Shown here piece after piece: positions 20,668 to 30,696 of a stretch of DNA of 64,000 nucleotides. The position numbers and the translations under genes are program-made. The stretch spans positions 128,001 to 192,000 of the forward strand of contig CBDCQT010000003.1 in NCBI GenBank assembly GCA_965220745.1, written 5' to 3'. Under the pieces are notes generated by a model that saw only the letters and a program-made list of their open reading frames with translations, was not told where the DNA came from and did no database searches. Position 1 is the stretch's first letter; each line of letters opens with the position of its first letter. The stretch is from Alphaproteobacteria bacterium (GTDB lineage: Bacteria > Pseudomonadota > Alphaproteobacteria > UBA828).

Positions 20668-21684
20668 TCAGGGCTTCTCTCCGTAAAACACGGAGCGGAA
20701 ATCAGAACCGGTGGCGTGACCGACGACCCCGGCCTGATTGGCGCCCCCGAACTGCCCCACGGCGTCGTACGTCTGGGAATTGGCCGTGGTACTGCCCATG
20801 AACCGCCCGCCGGTGACCGGCATGTTGTCCCACCGCAGCGTGCCGAAGGTCGGGACGCTCTGGAGGGATAGGTCCGCCTCCGGGGCGCCCGTACCAAGTG
20901 TCACGGTGACGTTCGCAGCGCCCGTACTGATGGCCGAGCTGGACCCGTAGTAGCCGGCCCATTCGCCCGTCCATGTCGCAGCTCCGGTCGGCTGGTGTTC
21001 CGGGGCGGGATCGGGGGAAAGGTGCGGCGTCCAGGTGCCGCCCGACGACGTGTACCACGCGCTCATTTGATGTTCCGGGTGCTCGATGCCGAGAGGGACA
21101 CCATCGACGACAGCCCAAGCTCCAAGCGAGGGGGTGAACGCCGCCATGCTCGTACTCTCGCCGCCGCTTCCCACCTCCGGGTGTGCGCCCCAGGTGGCGA
21201 AGCTCTGACCAGGCGCCGGGAGGCTGACGGGGATCGTCTGACCGGGCGCGAGATCCATCGGCGTCGTCGGCCCAAGCTCCACGCCGTTGGACAGATGCAC
21301 CTCGACTCGCACGCTGCTCAGTGTGACGCCGGTAACGTTGGTTACGGTGCCGGTGAAGGCCTGGCTGGCGGCATCATAGCTCAGGATGAGGCGGGCACCT
21401 GCCCGGGTCATGTAGAAGGTGTCCCCTGGGCCGTACTGCGTGGCGGATTCCTCTCCGCCGCCCTCGCCTATATCTCCTCCTTCGCCACCCTCACCGCCCT
21501 CTCCGCCTTCGCCGTGGCCCGGGCCCTCGCCGCTCTCGCCGCCGCTGCCCTCTCGACCGGATTCGGAGGTCGATGAACAGGCCGCAAGGCCGATCACCAG
21601 CAGCACGGCCGCGACCGTGAGAAGATGCCAGAATGGCGGAAGATGGGGGATATCCCGTGTGGATGTTTGTGGTTTCTCGAGCAT
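20668..21684 (-). CDS. Lipoprotein with Gly/Glu tract, FxLYD-like domain and TbpB-like C-terminal barrel
   Basis: Lipobox GLAAC, GEGGEGGEGGEGG, VRVEVHLSNGVELGPT, ATWTGEWAG...GQFGGANQAGVVG...FYGEK. Confidence 0.7.
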   Translation of the reverse strand: MLEKPQTSTRDIPHLPPFWHLLTVAAVLLVIGLAACSSTSESGREGSGGESGEGPGHGEGGEGGEGGEGGDIGEGGGEESATQYGPGDTFYMTRAGARLILSYDAASQAFTGTVTNVTGVTLSSVRVEVHLSNGVELGPTTPMDLAPGQTIPVSLPAPGQSFATWGAHPEVGSGGESTSMAAFTPSLGAWAVVDGVPLGIEHPEHQMSAWYTSSGGTWTPHLSPDPAPEHQPTGAATWTGEWAGYYGSSSAISTGAANVTVTLGTGAPEADLSLQSVPTFGTLRWDNMPVTGGRFMGSTTANSQTYDAVGQFGGANQAGVVGHATGSDFRSVFYGEKP

Positions 21685-22034
21685 GACAATCTCCAGTAGT
21701 CGGGGGTGCCGCCGCCAGCCTGCGCATTGGAGGGAACGGCCGCGGCCGTGGAAGGGGATCGGGGCAGTTGGCCGGACTTCCTACGTATCCGGCCGGGGTA
21801 GCTGGTGGTGAATGGTCAAAGGAGCCCCGTACCGCACCGGACACGGCGACGTCCGACGCCTGCGCCACTCATCGCGCACTCTGCAGACAGGAACGCTCAC
21901 GTCGGCCGCCATCGACGCCCGCGGTTTCCGCCGCGACGACATGACGTCGTTGTACGTTCTGACCGGTCATTACACGTCTCCCACATCGTCGCGGGTGGGA
22001 GATTAGTCCGTCCTTTAGCAGTTGTCCATTTTTT

Positions 22035-22049
22035 TGGAATTATTTTCCA
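22035..22049. promoter_or_regulatory. IclR-type operator palindrome
   Basis: TGGAATTATTTTCCA, close to the E. coli IclR box TGGAAATnATTTCCA, in an AT-rich stretch upstream of an IclR gene. Confidence 0.6.
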
Positions 22050-22186
22050 TTATTTTTTGAAATTAAGAATATCTCGTTACTTCTGATAGTTATAATTTTT
22101 CGTTCCCTATAAATAAAATTTACTGGAAAATTTTATTTTGCTACATTTGTGCACCTCCGCTTGATTCGGAAGAGGATGCGCCTTCC

Positions 22187-23008
22187 ATGGACAGGGCCCC
22201 TCCGAAACGCTCGCGTGGCCGCCCGCGCAAGCCCGTAGCCGACGCCGACGCAGGCACGGTGCGTGCCCTCGACCGTGGACTGCAACTTCTCCGCCTTCTC
22301 GCGCGGGAACACAGGATCACGCTCTCCAACATCGCCATGCAGGCCGGGATGCCGCCATCGACCGCCCATCGATTGTTGACGACGCTTCAGAGACATCGGT
22401 TCGCCGCGTTCGACGAGGACGCGCAGGACTGGATGATCGGGGTCGAGGCGTTCCGCGTCGGCTCCGAATTCCTGAATCGGATCGATCTGGTGGAAGCGAG
22501 CCGGGACATCTTGCAGCGCCTGATGAGCGAGACCGGTGAGACCGCCAACCTTGCCATCGCCGAAGACGGAGACATGGTCTTCGTCAGCCAGGTCGAGACC
22601 CACAATCCGATCCGGGCCTTCTTCCGCCATGGCGCCCGCAGCCCGATGCATGCCTGCGGCGCCGGAAAGGCGCTGCTCGCACAGCTTGCGCAGGAGGACA
22701 TCGAGAGACTGCTTCGGAGGAAGGGATTGCCCGAGTTCACGCCCAAGACCCTTACCAAGCCACATCTCCTCTTCGCCGAGCTCGAAACCACTCGAGCCCG
22801 CGGCTGGGCCTATGATGACGAGGAACGATATGCGGGCATGCGCTGCATCGCGGCGCCCGTGTTCAATGCCTACGGCGGCACGGTGGCAGGGATTTCGGTC
22901 TCAGGCCCGACGGCCCGCTTCACCGAGCAGGTTATCTCCCTCTTCAGCACCGCGGTCTGCAAGGCTGCCGCCGATCTGACCGAACGCATCGGCGGGTCGA
23001 GAGATTGA
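22187..23008 (+). CDS. IclR-family regulator, BhcR/AllR-like
   Basis: RGRPRK leader, ALDRGL HTH, GETANL, HACGAGKALL, DDEERYAGMRCIAAP. Confidence 0.88.
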   Translation: MDRAPPKRSRGRPRKPVADADAGTVRALDRGLQLLRLLAREHRITLSNIAMQAGMPPSTAHRLLTTLQRHRFAAFDEDAQDWMIGVEAFRVGSEFLNRIDLVEASRDILQRLMSETGETANLAIAEDGDMVFVSQVETHNPIRAFFRHGARSPMHACGAGKALLAQLAQEDIERLLRRKGLPEFTPKTLTKPHLLFAELETTRARGWAYDDEERYAGMRCIAAPVFNAYGGTVAGISVSGPTARFTEQVISLFSTAVCKAAADLTERIGGSRD

Positions 23009-23183
23009 GAACAGGTGGCAAGCGTGGGTGCCGCGCGTCCGGCTCGGGTAGAGCACCGCACGGTTGGTCTCGTAGGTGAATGCCAAGCCGGTGACGGTGC
23101 GAAACTCCTGGCCTGCATGGTCCTAAAGACGTTTCCAGGCCACTTCGATGTCAATAGCAGGCGTTATGTTGTTCCTCTTGGCC

Positions 23184-23951
23184 TCAGTATATGCTGAACG
23201 GGAAGTAGCGGCCGTTGATGGCCAAATAGGTGCCGTCGGCGAGGATTTCCGCGAGCGCGCGGTTCAGGTCCCGGCGCAAGGCGTCGTCTTCGTGGCGCAC
23301 CGCGAGGCCGATGCCCTCGTCGAGCCTGAGGCCGTGCCCGACGTAGCGGAAAGCAGCGCCGTCCGCACTCTGGAGCCAGGAGTACAGGCCGAGGCCGTCG
23401 CCGAGAACCGCGTCCAGGTGGGCGCCGGCGAGGTCGCCCAGCAGTTCCGACTGGCTGCGGTACAGCTTGATAGTCGCCACTTCAGCCAGATTGTCCTCAA
23501 GCCAGTCTGACGAAACTGTGGCTCGCGCGACGCCGATCGTCGTTCCGGCCGGCCGGCCGGGGTGGAAGTCTGAGTCCTTGTTCGCGATGAAACGGGCGAC
23601 GTTGCTGTAGTAGCGGTCGGTGAAGGCGACCAACTCCCGGCGCGGCTCGGTGATCGACATGCTGGCGGCGATCACGTCGAAGGTCCCGGCGCGCAGCTCG
23701 GGAATCAACGTCTCCCACTCGTGGCGCTGGAGCTCGCACTCGACGCCCATCCGCTCGCAGAGTGTCAGTGCGATATCGACGTCGAAGCCGCCGAGCTTGC
23801 CCGCATCGTCGACGTAGCTGAATGGTGGATAGTCGCCTGTGGTTGCGATGCGGAGCTTGTTCGCTGCGGCATCCGCGCTCGCTGCCATCAAAGCGAGGCC
23901 AATGACGGCCGCAACCCAACGCAGCGGTCCGACTGAAAAAGGTAGCTTCAC
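23184..23951 (-). CDS. Polar amino acid ABC substrate-binding protein (family 3), orphan
   Basis: YPPFSY, GFDVDIA, SMSITEPR, FTDRYY; GTG start with RBS. Confidence 0.88.
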   Translation of the reverse strand: MKLPFSVGPLRWVAAVIGLALMAASADAAANKLRIATTGDYPPFSYVDDAGKLGGFDVDIALTLCERMGVECELQRHEWETLIPELRAGTFDVIAASMSITEPRRELVAFTDRYYSNVARFIANKDSDFHPGRPAGTTIGVARATVSSDWLEDNLAEVATIKLYRSQSELLGDLAGAHLDAVLGDGLGLYSWLQSADGAAFRYVGHGLRLDEGIGLAVRHEDDALRRDLNRALAEILADGTYLAINGRYFPFSIY

Positions 23952-24384
23952 GGCTCCATCTCTCCTGCCAGGTTCACGTTGTGCTGCCAGCGCGACCTCC
24001 ACGCTGTCCACTCTGGCGAGTCGTTAAGATGGTAGAACTCTACTCAATGGAGAACGATTTTACGTGCCAATACTCACGATAATGGTGCTCTTTTTGTAAA
24101 CAGCGCATGGGCTTCGTTGCCTCGCTGCGGAGTCCGCGGCATGGGCTCAGGAATTGCGATCTGGAGTCCAATCTGCGCGACGGCTGGATCTCCAAGGGCG
24201 ACGGCGTTCAAGTGGCCGCGTCAGGCTTTGATCGTCCCCGGCGGCTGTGCTCACGACTCAATTCCGATTCCGACGTGACAGGCTTGGCGTATAATTTATG
24301 AGAAAGATACTAGTTTTTCCAATATAATACGCATAATTTATTTCTATTGCCGTAAGAGTCTCATAATGAGTTTTGTGTTTCCAG

Positions 24385-24490
24385 ATGACCTTGGCCTTGG
24401 CGGTGACGGGCACCGACATGGTCACGGTGCGCCACACCAAGCCGGACAGCAGTCGGTTGTAGGACGCGGCCAACAACGGGGCGAAGACCT
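24385..24490 (+). pseudogene. Degenerate SwmB-like adhesin repeat fragment
   Basis: TLALAVTGTDMVTVRHTKPDSSRL*DAANNGA resembles the LTLxxAVxxGDTVTVSYTKP...LQDAAGN repeat; in-frame TAG at 24460. Confidence 0.4.
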
Positions 24491-24838
24491 CCGGTGACCA
24501 GCAGGCGCAAATGACATGCGCGAAGTGCTCCCGAGGCTCGGCACCCGGTCCATCGCCATTCCCCGACTTTCGCGCGAGAGGGGGGCGATTTCGATCCCTC
24601 GACCCTGGCCCGTTGGGTCGGCAATGTGACGGCATTGCTGGAGATCCGGGCCGGGTGCCGTCGCGCACTGCGCGCCGGAAGGGCACCCCCCGTTCGGGGA
24701 CGAAACCCCGGTCAAACTGCTCGTGCTCAGGACCGGGTCGCACGCGGTCCGAAGCCTTCTCGTCATACATGGAACGCGTGCACGGCACGGTGGCCAGGAG
24801 GCCGCCCGTCCTGGCTCCGGTGAAGGGGAGAAGACGCG

Positions 24839-25678
24839 ATGCGGACAGGACTCACGATCGCGGTGCTGGCGGGCGCGGTCGCACTCGCGGCCTGTACGCG
24901 CACGCTCGATCCTCCGACGGCAGAGGAACAGGCGCGGGAGACGCATGCGGCGATCGTGAGCGCCGCGAACACGCTGCTCATGGGCGATCGGCTCGGCTTT
25001 TTCGCAACGGACGACGCGGTGGAACGGACCAAGACAACCTGTCGGGGCGACACCTGCGCGGCCGGATTCATATCCCTGAGCGGGGCGAGCAGCTTCGGCG
25101 TCGAGGACTCGGAGCTGACGCTGCTTCGCCCGCGCCGCGGCGTGTCGCTGGTTCGCCAGGAAAGATCGGGGACCGTCCGCGGCTACGAGGCCTATGGCGG
25201 CTGGCTCGAGCACAGCCTCTTCGGCACCCGGCTGACGCGTTTCACCGAGGAGGCCGGGCCCAGCCGGGGGGCGTCGATCGTCTCCAGCTACTCACTCGGC
25301 ATTTCGACCGGGGAGAACCCCAGCGCCGAGGGCTCGGCCCGCTGGGAAGGCCTGATGCTCGGCCGCGACCTGCGCGCATCCGCCGGTCGCGGCAAGGTGA
25401 TCCGGGGAGACGCCGACGTGACAGTCGAATTCGGAGCGGCCGCGATCACGGCGGATGTCGCATTCAAAGCCATCGTCAACATCGAGACCGGCGCTGCGCA
25501 GAACGACATGGCCTGGCGCGGCATGGTTGTGGAAGATGGCGGCTTCGCCCGGCGGAACGCTCCCGACGATACCATCTCCGGTCGGTTCTACGGCCCCGGC
25601 GAGGAGGAGGTCGGGGGCGCGTTCGAGCGCGACGGCATCGCGGGCGCGTTCGGCGGGCGGCGGACGTCCGCGCTATGA
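24839..25678 (+). CDS. Surface lipoprotein with TbpB-like beta-barrel, copy 1
   Basis: Lipobox LAAC, YGGWLEHS, SARWEGLMLG, ISGRFYGPGEEEVGGAFERDGIAGAFGGRR. Confidence 0.8.
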   Translation: MRTGLTIAVLAGAVALAACTRTLDPPTAEEQARETHAAIVSAANTLLMGDRLGFFATDDAVERTKTTCRGDTCAAGFISLSGASSFGVEDSELTLLRPRRGVSLVRQERSGTVRGYEAYGGWLEHSLFGTRLTRFTEEAGPSRGASIVSSYSLGISTGENPSAEGSARWEGLMLGRDLRASAGRGKVIRGDADVTVEFGAAAITADVAFKAIVNIETGAAQNDMAWRGMVVEDGGFARRNAPDDTISGRFYGPGEEEVGGAFERDGIAGAFGGRRTSAL

Positions 25679-25734
25679 CCCGTTACATCCCGTTTCCGTC
25701 CTCGCCGGCGCCGGAACATCCCGGGGAGGGTCCA

Positions 25735-26586
25735 ATGAGAAGAGGGTTCCCGAGCGCGTTGGCGGCGTCTGCGGTCGCGCTGGCACTGGCGGCCTGCACT
25801 GGCTCGTCCGAGCCACCGCCGCCGACGGCGGACGAGCTGGCGCGGGCCTCCTATGCAAGGATCGCGAGCGGCGCCAATTCGTTCCTGATGGGCGATCATC
25901 TCGGCTATTTCGGAACCGACGATGCGGTCGAGCGGGTGGGCGTCAGGTGCCTGGACGATACCTGTGCGGCCGCGTTCACGCGGTTCTTCCGGTCGAGCGG
26001 AGCAACCGTTGGTATCGCAGAGCTGGACTTGCTCGGCGAGCGCCGCGGCGTGAGCCTGGTCGTGGAGGAAGCATCGACCGACAACGTGGACGCCCATGTG
26101 TACGGCGGCTGGCTCGACCACAGCCTGTTCGCCACGGAATCCGCCTTTCTCAAGAGCGACCGCTTCCCGGACCAGGGCGCGACGGTGGCATTGAGCTATT
26201 CGTTCGGCTTCTCGACGGGGGAGAATCCCCACGCTGTCGAGGGTTCGGCCCGCTGGGAAGGCCTGATGCTCGGCCGTGACGTGAGCGCCACGCCCGGCCG
26301 CGGCCGGGTGATCCGGGGCGATGCTGGCGTGACGGTGGAATTCGGTGGGACGGGCATGGCCGCCGATGTCGAATTCACCGATATTGCCAATACCGAGACC
26401 GGCGAACGGCGGGACGACATGACCTGGCGCGGCATGGCGGTTGAGGAGGGCGGCTTCGCCCGGCGCAACGCCCTCGACGATACCATCTCGGGCCGGTTCT
26501 ACGGCCCCAACGAGGAGGAGGTCGGCGGAATTTTCGAACGCGACGGCATCGCCGGGGCGTTCGGCGGCAGGCGCGCTGCCGACTGA
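25735..26586 (+). CDS. Surface lipoprotein with TbpB-like beta-barrel, copy 2
   Basis: Lipobox LAAC, YGGWLDHS, SARWEGLMLG, ISGRFYGPNEEEVGGIFERDGIAGAFGGRR. Confidence 0.8.
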   Translation: MRRGFPSALAASAVALALAACTGSSEPPPPTADELARASYARIASGANSFLMGDHLGYFGTDDAVERVGVRCLDDTCAAAFTRFFRSSGATVGIAELDLLGERRGVSLVVEEASTDNVDAHVYGGWLDHSLFATESAFLKSDRFPDQGATVALSYSFGFSTGENPHAVEGSARWEGLMLGRDVSATPGRGRVIRGDAGVTVEFGGTGMAADVEFTDIANTETGERRDDMTWRGMAVEEGGFARRNALDDTISGRFYGPNEEEVGGIFERDGIAGAFGGRRAAD

Positions 26587-26625
26587 CTACTGCCCGCCCG
26601 TCGGCGGCAACAGGAGGAGACCGAC

Positions 26626-27513
26626 ATGAGATCATTTTCTGCCTGCGGCCTGGCGATGGCCGCCGTCCTCTCGCTCGCAGCTTGCGGCGGCGATTCTGCG
26701 CCCGAACGGGCGCTCACCACCGCCGAGATTCGGGAGCTGACCGGCCTGTCGGCGCCGGTCGAGACGGCGGAGGCGCAACAGGAACGCAGCCTGGACATCT
26801 TCGCCCGCGCCGATTCCCTGATCCTGTCCACGATGCACGGGGAGACCGGCAACGCCGAGATTCCGACCTTCCGTCTCCTGACGCAGTGCAGCGGAACGCA
26901 GTGCACCGTGACCGAGCCCCTGAGCGGCGCCGTCGATACCATCGAGCTTGCCAATACGCCTCTCAGGCAGGGCGCCGCCACCGCCATCGGCTCGAAGCAC
27001 GACGTAACACTGTTGTCGGAGTCCTCGACGCATACGGGAGCGGACCTTGCGAGTCTCGGCGCATGGCTGGAGCACAGTTCGTTCGCAATCCTGAACGAAC
27101 GCCAGACGAGCGAAGAGGGCACGGTGGATGTCTGGTACGGGATCGCCGTGGGCGAGCTCACGGAAACCCCTCCGGCCGGGAGCGCAACCTGGCTCGGCAT
27201 CATGGTGGGAACGCCCGTCGACGGGGACGCGCACGGCGAGCGGCTCGTGGGGACGGCGGCGCTGAACTACGACATGGCCGTCGGCGGCCTCGATGCGGCG
27301 TTCAGCGGTATCAAGAACATCGACCGCGGGACGGCGCACGACGTTGAGACGGTGATCTTCTCCAACCTCGCGGTCGGTCCGGATGGGACCTTCGCGACCG
27401 GCGAGTCCGGCACGCGCATCCAGGGCGGCTTCTACGGCACCGGACACGCCGAGGTGGCGGGCATATTCGAACAATCCGACATCGTCGGCACCTTCGGCGC
27501 GACGCAGCAGTAG
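26626..27513 (+). CDS. Surface lipoprotein with TbpB-like beta-barrel, copy 3
   Basis: Lipobox LAACGG, GAWLEHS, SATWLGIMVG, IQGGFYGTGHAEVAGIFE. Confidence 0.8.
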   Translation: MRSFSACGLAMAAVLSLAACGGDSAPERALTTAEIRELTGLSAPVETAEAQQERSLDIFARADSLILSTMHGETGNAEIPTFRLLTQCSGTQCTVTEPLSGAVDTIELANTPLRQGAATAIGSKHDVTLLSESSTHTGADLASLGAWLEHSSFAILNERQTSEEGTVDVWYGIAVGELTETPPAGSATWLGIMVGTPVDGDAHGERLVGTAALNYDMAVGGLDAAFSGIKNIDRGTAHDVETVIFSNLAVGPDGTFATGESGTRIQGGFYGTGHAEVAGIFEQSDIVGTFGATQQ

Positions 27514-27587
27514 GCGCCCGGTCCAGCGAGGCCGGCGAGGCTGTCCGGAGCGAACCGGCAGACGACCAATCGAGCGAGAACAGGAAA

Positions 27588-28010
27588 ATGAGCGCGACCT
27601 TTACACTCAATTTGGAAGCGCCGCTGGAGGAAATCGGGCGCATTCACACGGCAGTCGACATTCTGGCGGTGGCCGATGGCTGGGAGCCCAATTTCATGTT
27701 TCAGATCAGGCTCGCGCTGGAGGAGATCGGCACCAACATCGTGCAGTACGGATACGACGAAGCAGGGGAGAAGGACATCCGCATTACACTCACCTCCGAA
27801 GGCCAATCCCTCACTATGGAAATTGTCGACGACGGCAAGCCCTTCGATCCGTTCTCCGATGCACCGCCGCCCGATCTCGACTCCTCGATCGCGGACCGCC
27901 CCATAGGTGGCCTCGGCATCCATCTCGTGCGGAGGCTGGTGGACGAAGCGCACTATCGGCGCGAGGACGGCAGGAACAGGGTGGTCCTGATCAAGCGCAG
28001 GAATCCTTGA
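27588..28010 (+). CDS. RsbW-like anti-sigma factor / Ser-Thr kinase (HATPase_c_2)
   Basis: LALEEIGTNIVQYGY, DDGKPFDP, GGLGIHLVR. Confidence 0.9.
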   Translation: MSATFTLNLEAPLEEIGRIHTAVDILAVADGWEPNFMFQIRLALEEIGTNIVQYGYDEAGEKDIRITLTSEGQSLTMEIVDDGKPFDPFSDAPPPDLDSSIADRPIGGLGIHLVRRLVDEAHYRREDGRNRVVLIKRRNP

Positions 28011-28327
28011 CACGTCGGGGCAGCCGTTCCCACGCCGCGATCACCGTGCTGACGTCATTGTCCGATCCCAGGGGCCCAAGGCCCACTCCATAACAGCAGC
28101 TATGCGACGATAATGCCTCGCGTCCCGCTCGGAAGGCGGCGCGGCGCAGAAATTCGTGGTCGCTCTGAGAGGAGAAAACATCCAGCATAGGCTTGCGTTG
28201 CTCGGCGATTCGGATCATCCCACGAAGAACGGTTACGACCGCTTTTGCGGCAATTCAGCGCTGCCGATCTTCCCTGGCAAGGTCGCTCCTATCGGCTTCT
28301 GTTCATCGTCGATACAAGGACGAGCAA

Positions 28328-29356
28328 ATGAAGCTCAACGCAATCGTCGGCATCCTGACTGCCCTTTGTGTATCGATCACCGTCCTTGCGGCGGACGGTT
28401 ACGCAAGCACTCTCGATCACGTAAGGGCGGCGGGCACGCTCAGATGCGGCATCAATCCGGGCCTGCCGGGCTTTTCTCATACCGACGATACGGGCAGATG
28501 GTCCGGCTTCGAGGCGGCCTATTGCCGGGCGCTGGCGGCGGCCGTGCTGGGCGATCCAGACAAGGTTTCCTTCGTCACTCTGACCGGCAAGACGCGCTTC
28601 CCGGCATTGGCCTCCGGCGAAGTCGACATCCTGTCGCGCAACACGACCTGGACCTTCTCGCGCGATGTCGACCTGGGCTTCACCTTCGTCGGCATCAACT
28701 ACTATGACGGCCAGGGCTTCCTCGGCCACCGGGAGCTCGGCGTGGAGAGCGCCACCGAGCTGGACGGCGCCTCGATCTGCATCCAGACGGGCACGACCAC
28801 CGAGCTCAACCTGGCCGACTTTTTCCGCGTCAACGGTATCACCTACGAGCCGGTGCCGCTCGAGACGAACGCCGAAGCCCGTGCGGCGTACAAGGCGGAG
28901 CGCTGCGACGTCTACACGACGGACGTTTCCGGCCTGGCGGCAACGAAATCGACCTTCGACGATCCGAATGCGCATATGATTTATCCGGAGATCATCTCGA
29001 AGGAGCCGTTGGGGCCGCTGGTGCGCCACGGCGACGACCAGTGGGCGGACATCGCGCGCTGGGTACTCAACGCGCTGATCACCGCCGAGGAGTTCGGCGT
29101 GACCCAGATCAACGTCATGGAGCTGGCGAAAGGAACGGATCACCCCGAGATCAACCGGATGCTGGGCAAGGAAGGCTCTCTGGGCGAGATGCTGGGCCTC
29201 GACGCGCAATGGGCCGTGCGTGCGATTGCGGCGGAAGGCAACTACGCCGAGATCTTCGAGAATAACCTCGGCTCCGGCAGCCCGCTCGGCCTGCCGCGCG
29301 GCCTCAGCGCGCTTTATTCGGAAGGCGGCGCCCTCTATTCGCCGCCGTTCCGCTGA
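28328..29356 (+). CDS. AapJ/BztA-like general amino acid binding protein, orphan
   Basis: LSRNTTWTFSRD, YYDGQGF, GTTTELNL, ISKEPLGP, YSPPFR. Confidence 0.9.
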   Translation: MKLNAIVGILTALCVSITVLAADGYASTLDHVRAAGTLRCGINPGLPGFSHTDDTGRWSGFEAAYCRALAAAVLGDPDKVSFVTLTGKTRFPALASGEVDILSRNTTWTFSRDVDLGFTFVGINYYDGQGFLGHRELGVESATELDGASICIQTGTTTELNLADFFRVNGITYEPVPLETNAEARAAYKAERCDVYTTDVSGLAATKSTFDDPNAHMIYPEIISKEPLGPLVRHGDDQWADIARWVLNALITAEEFGVTQINVMELAKGTDHPEINRMLGKEGSLGEMLGLDAQWAVRAIAAEGNYAEIFENNLGSGSPLGLPRGLSALYSEGGALYSPPFR

Positions 29357-29394
29357 AGTGTCGGAGAGCAGCCGCCGCCCGCCGTGCCGACAAA

Positions 29395-29567
29395 CCGCCG
29401 TATGTGGATAGGCGCCCCGGCTCGGTTACGCCGCTACGATGACTGGTGGCACGACCATAGGCGTCAAGCCGGGCCTCCCTTACAATGAAGATGTGCTTGA
29501 AGATGTGCTGACGCTGGCGCCAGGAGACGCAATTTTCCTCTACACTGACGGCGCGACAACTGGATGA
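29395..29567 (+). pseudogene. SpoIIE/PP2C phosphatase C-terminal remnant
   Basis: PPYV...(frameshift)TGGTTIGVKPGLPYNEDVLEDVLTLAPGDAIFLYTDGAT* aligns by eye with the PP2C at 30697; 12-bp tandem duplication TGAAGATGTGCT. Confidence 0.7.
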
Positions 29568-29825
29568 GACTTGAAGGTCACCCCCACTCTGGCCGCCACT
29601 GCATTTGGCAGCGAGCAACGAGGTTGCTAGGCCGATGCCGCGGTGGCGGGCGGGACGTGGCGCCGCAGTGGGTGACTGACTGCGTTGGGCCTTCTCAAAG
29701 TCTTTCGTCGCGCTCGGATCGCGGTGGAATCGAAATCCGAGAAAGGGTAACAACCGCACAGTTCCCACCATTTGGCGGCGACCCACTGCTTCCGCCCGTC
29801 GTCAACATCTGAGTAGGACGGCACG

Positions 29826-30482
29826 ATGCTGACGTTCGTTGAAGAGACCTGCCTTTTGCTTCTGGATGAGAAAGGCAGCGAGTTCCTGCCCATACACCCC
29901 AACATTGTGGAGTGCGCCCTGGCCGGCGCCGTGCTTGTGGATCTAGCGTTCACCTATCGGATTGACACCGATCCTAAGACGCTGACCGTCATGGACCGTA
30001 CGCCGATCGGCGAGGCCATGCTCGACCGTATCCTGGCCAAGATTGGCGAACAGGGGGAAACTTCCGATACCGGCACTTGGATCAAGACGTTGTCCGCCGA
30101 CGAGTCGGCAGCCATTCAACAACAGGCACTCGACCGACTCGTGGAGCGAGGCATTCTGGAGCAGCAGGATAAGAGGTCTCTCTTGGGTTTCCGCAGACGC
30201 CGTTATCTCACCGTCAATGGCGAGGCGGCGCGCGAGATCAAGGACCGCATAAAGACACTCATTCTCTCGGATGACATACCCGATCCCCGGGATACCGCGC
30301 TGCTCTCTCTGCTAGATGCCTGCGGCATTCTGCCCGACATTTACCCCGGAGGCGAGTTCAAGAACGCCGGCGCACGAATAAGACAGCTCCGCAACATGGA
30401 CCTTGTTGGCCGCGACGTGTTCAACGCCGTCGCCGACATCGAACGCGCAATCGTCACAACGCGTGCACACGGAGCCTACTGA
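29826..30482 (+). CDS. GPP34 (Golgi phosphoprotein 3-like) protein
   Basis: LTFVEETCLLLLD, LAGAVLVDLA, LVERGIL, PDPRDTALLSL. Confidence 0.8.
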   Translation: MLTFVEETCLLLLDEKGSEFLPIHPNIVECALAGAVLVDLAFTYRIDTDPKTLTVMDRTPIGEAMLDRILAKIGEQGETSDTGTWIKTLSADESAAIQQQALDRLVERGILEQQDKRSLLGFRRRRYLTVNGEAAREIKDRIKTLILSDDIPDPRDTALLSLLDACGILPDIYPGGEFKNAGARIRQLRNMDLVGRDVFNAVADIERAIVTTRAHGAY

Positions 30483-30696
30483 GGTCTGTCGAAGACTTGC
30501 CGAAGGAAGCAAGGGATCGTTCACAAGTGTGATGGTGCAAATCGTCCGGCCGTAAATGAAGTTTGGGATCAAACCTAATTGTCAAACGATCACGCCAAGA
30601 TGAGTCAAGAACATCGCTACACGAGCGCCTCTCCAAGGCGTATGAAGAGCACTACACCACAGGCGTTTTCACGAATCGCAAAAAACGAGTTGGGCA

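Noticed and set aside
24511-26586. 691-aa ORF as one protein
   Set aside because: Only 25735-26586 is coding in this frame (own RBS and lipobox); the rest overlaps lipoprotein 1 out of frame
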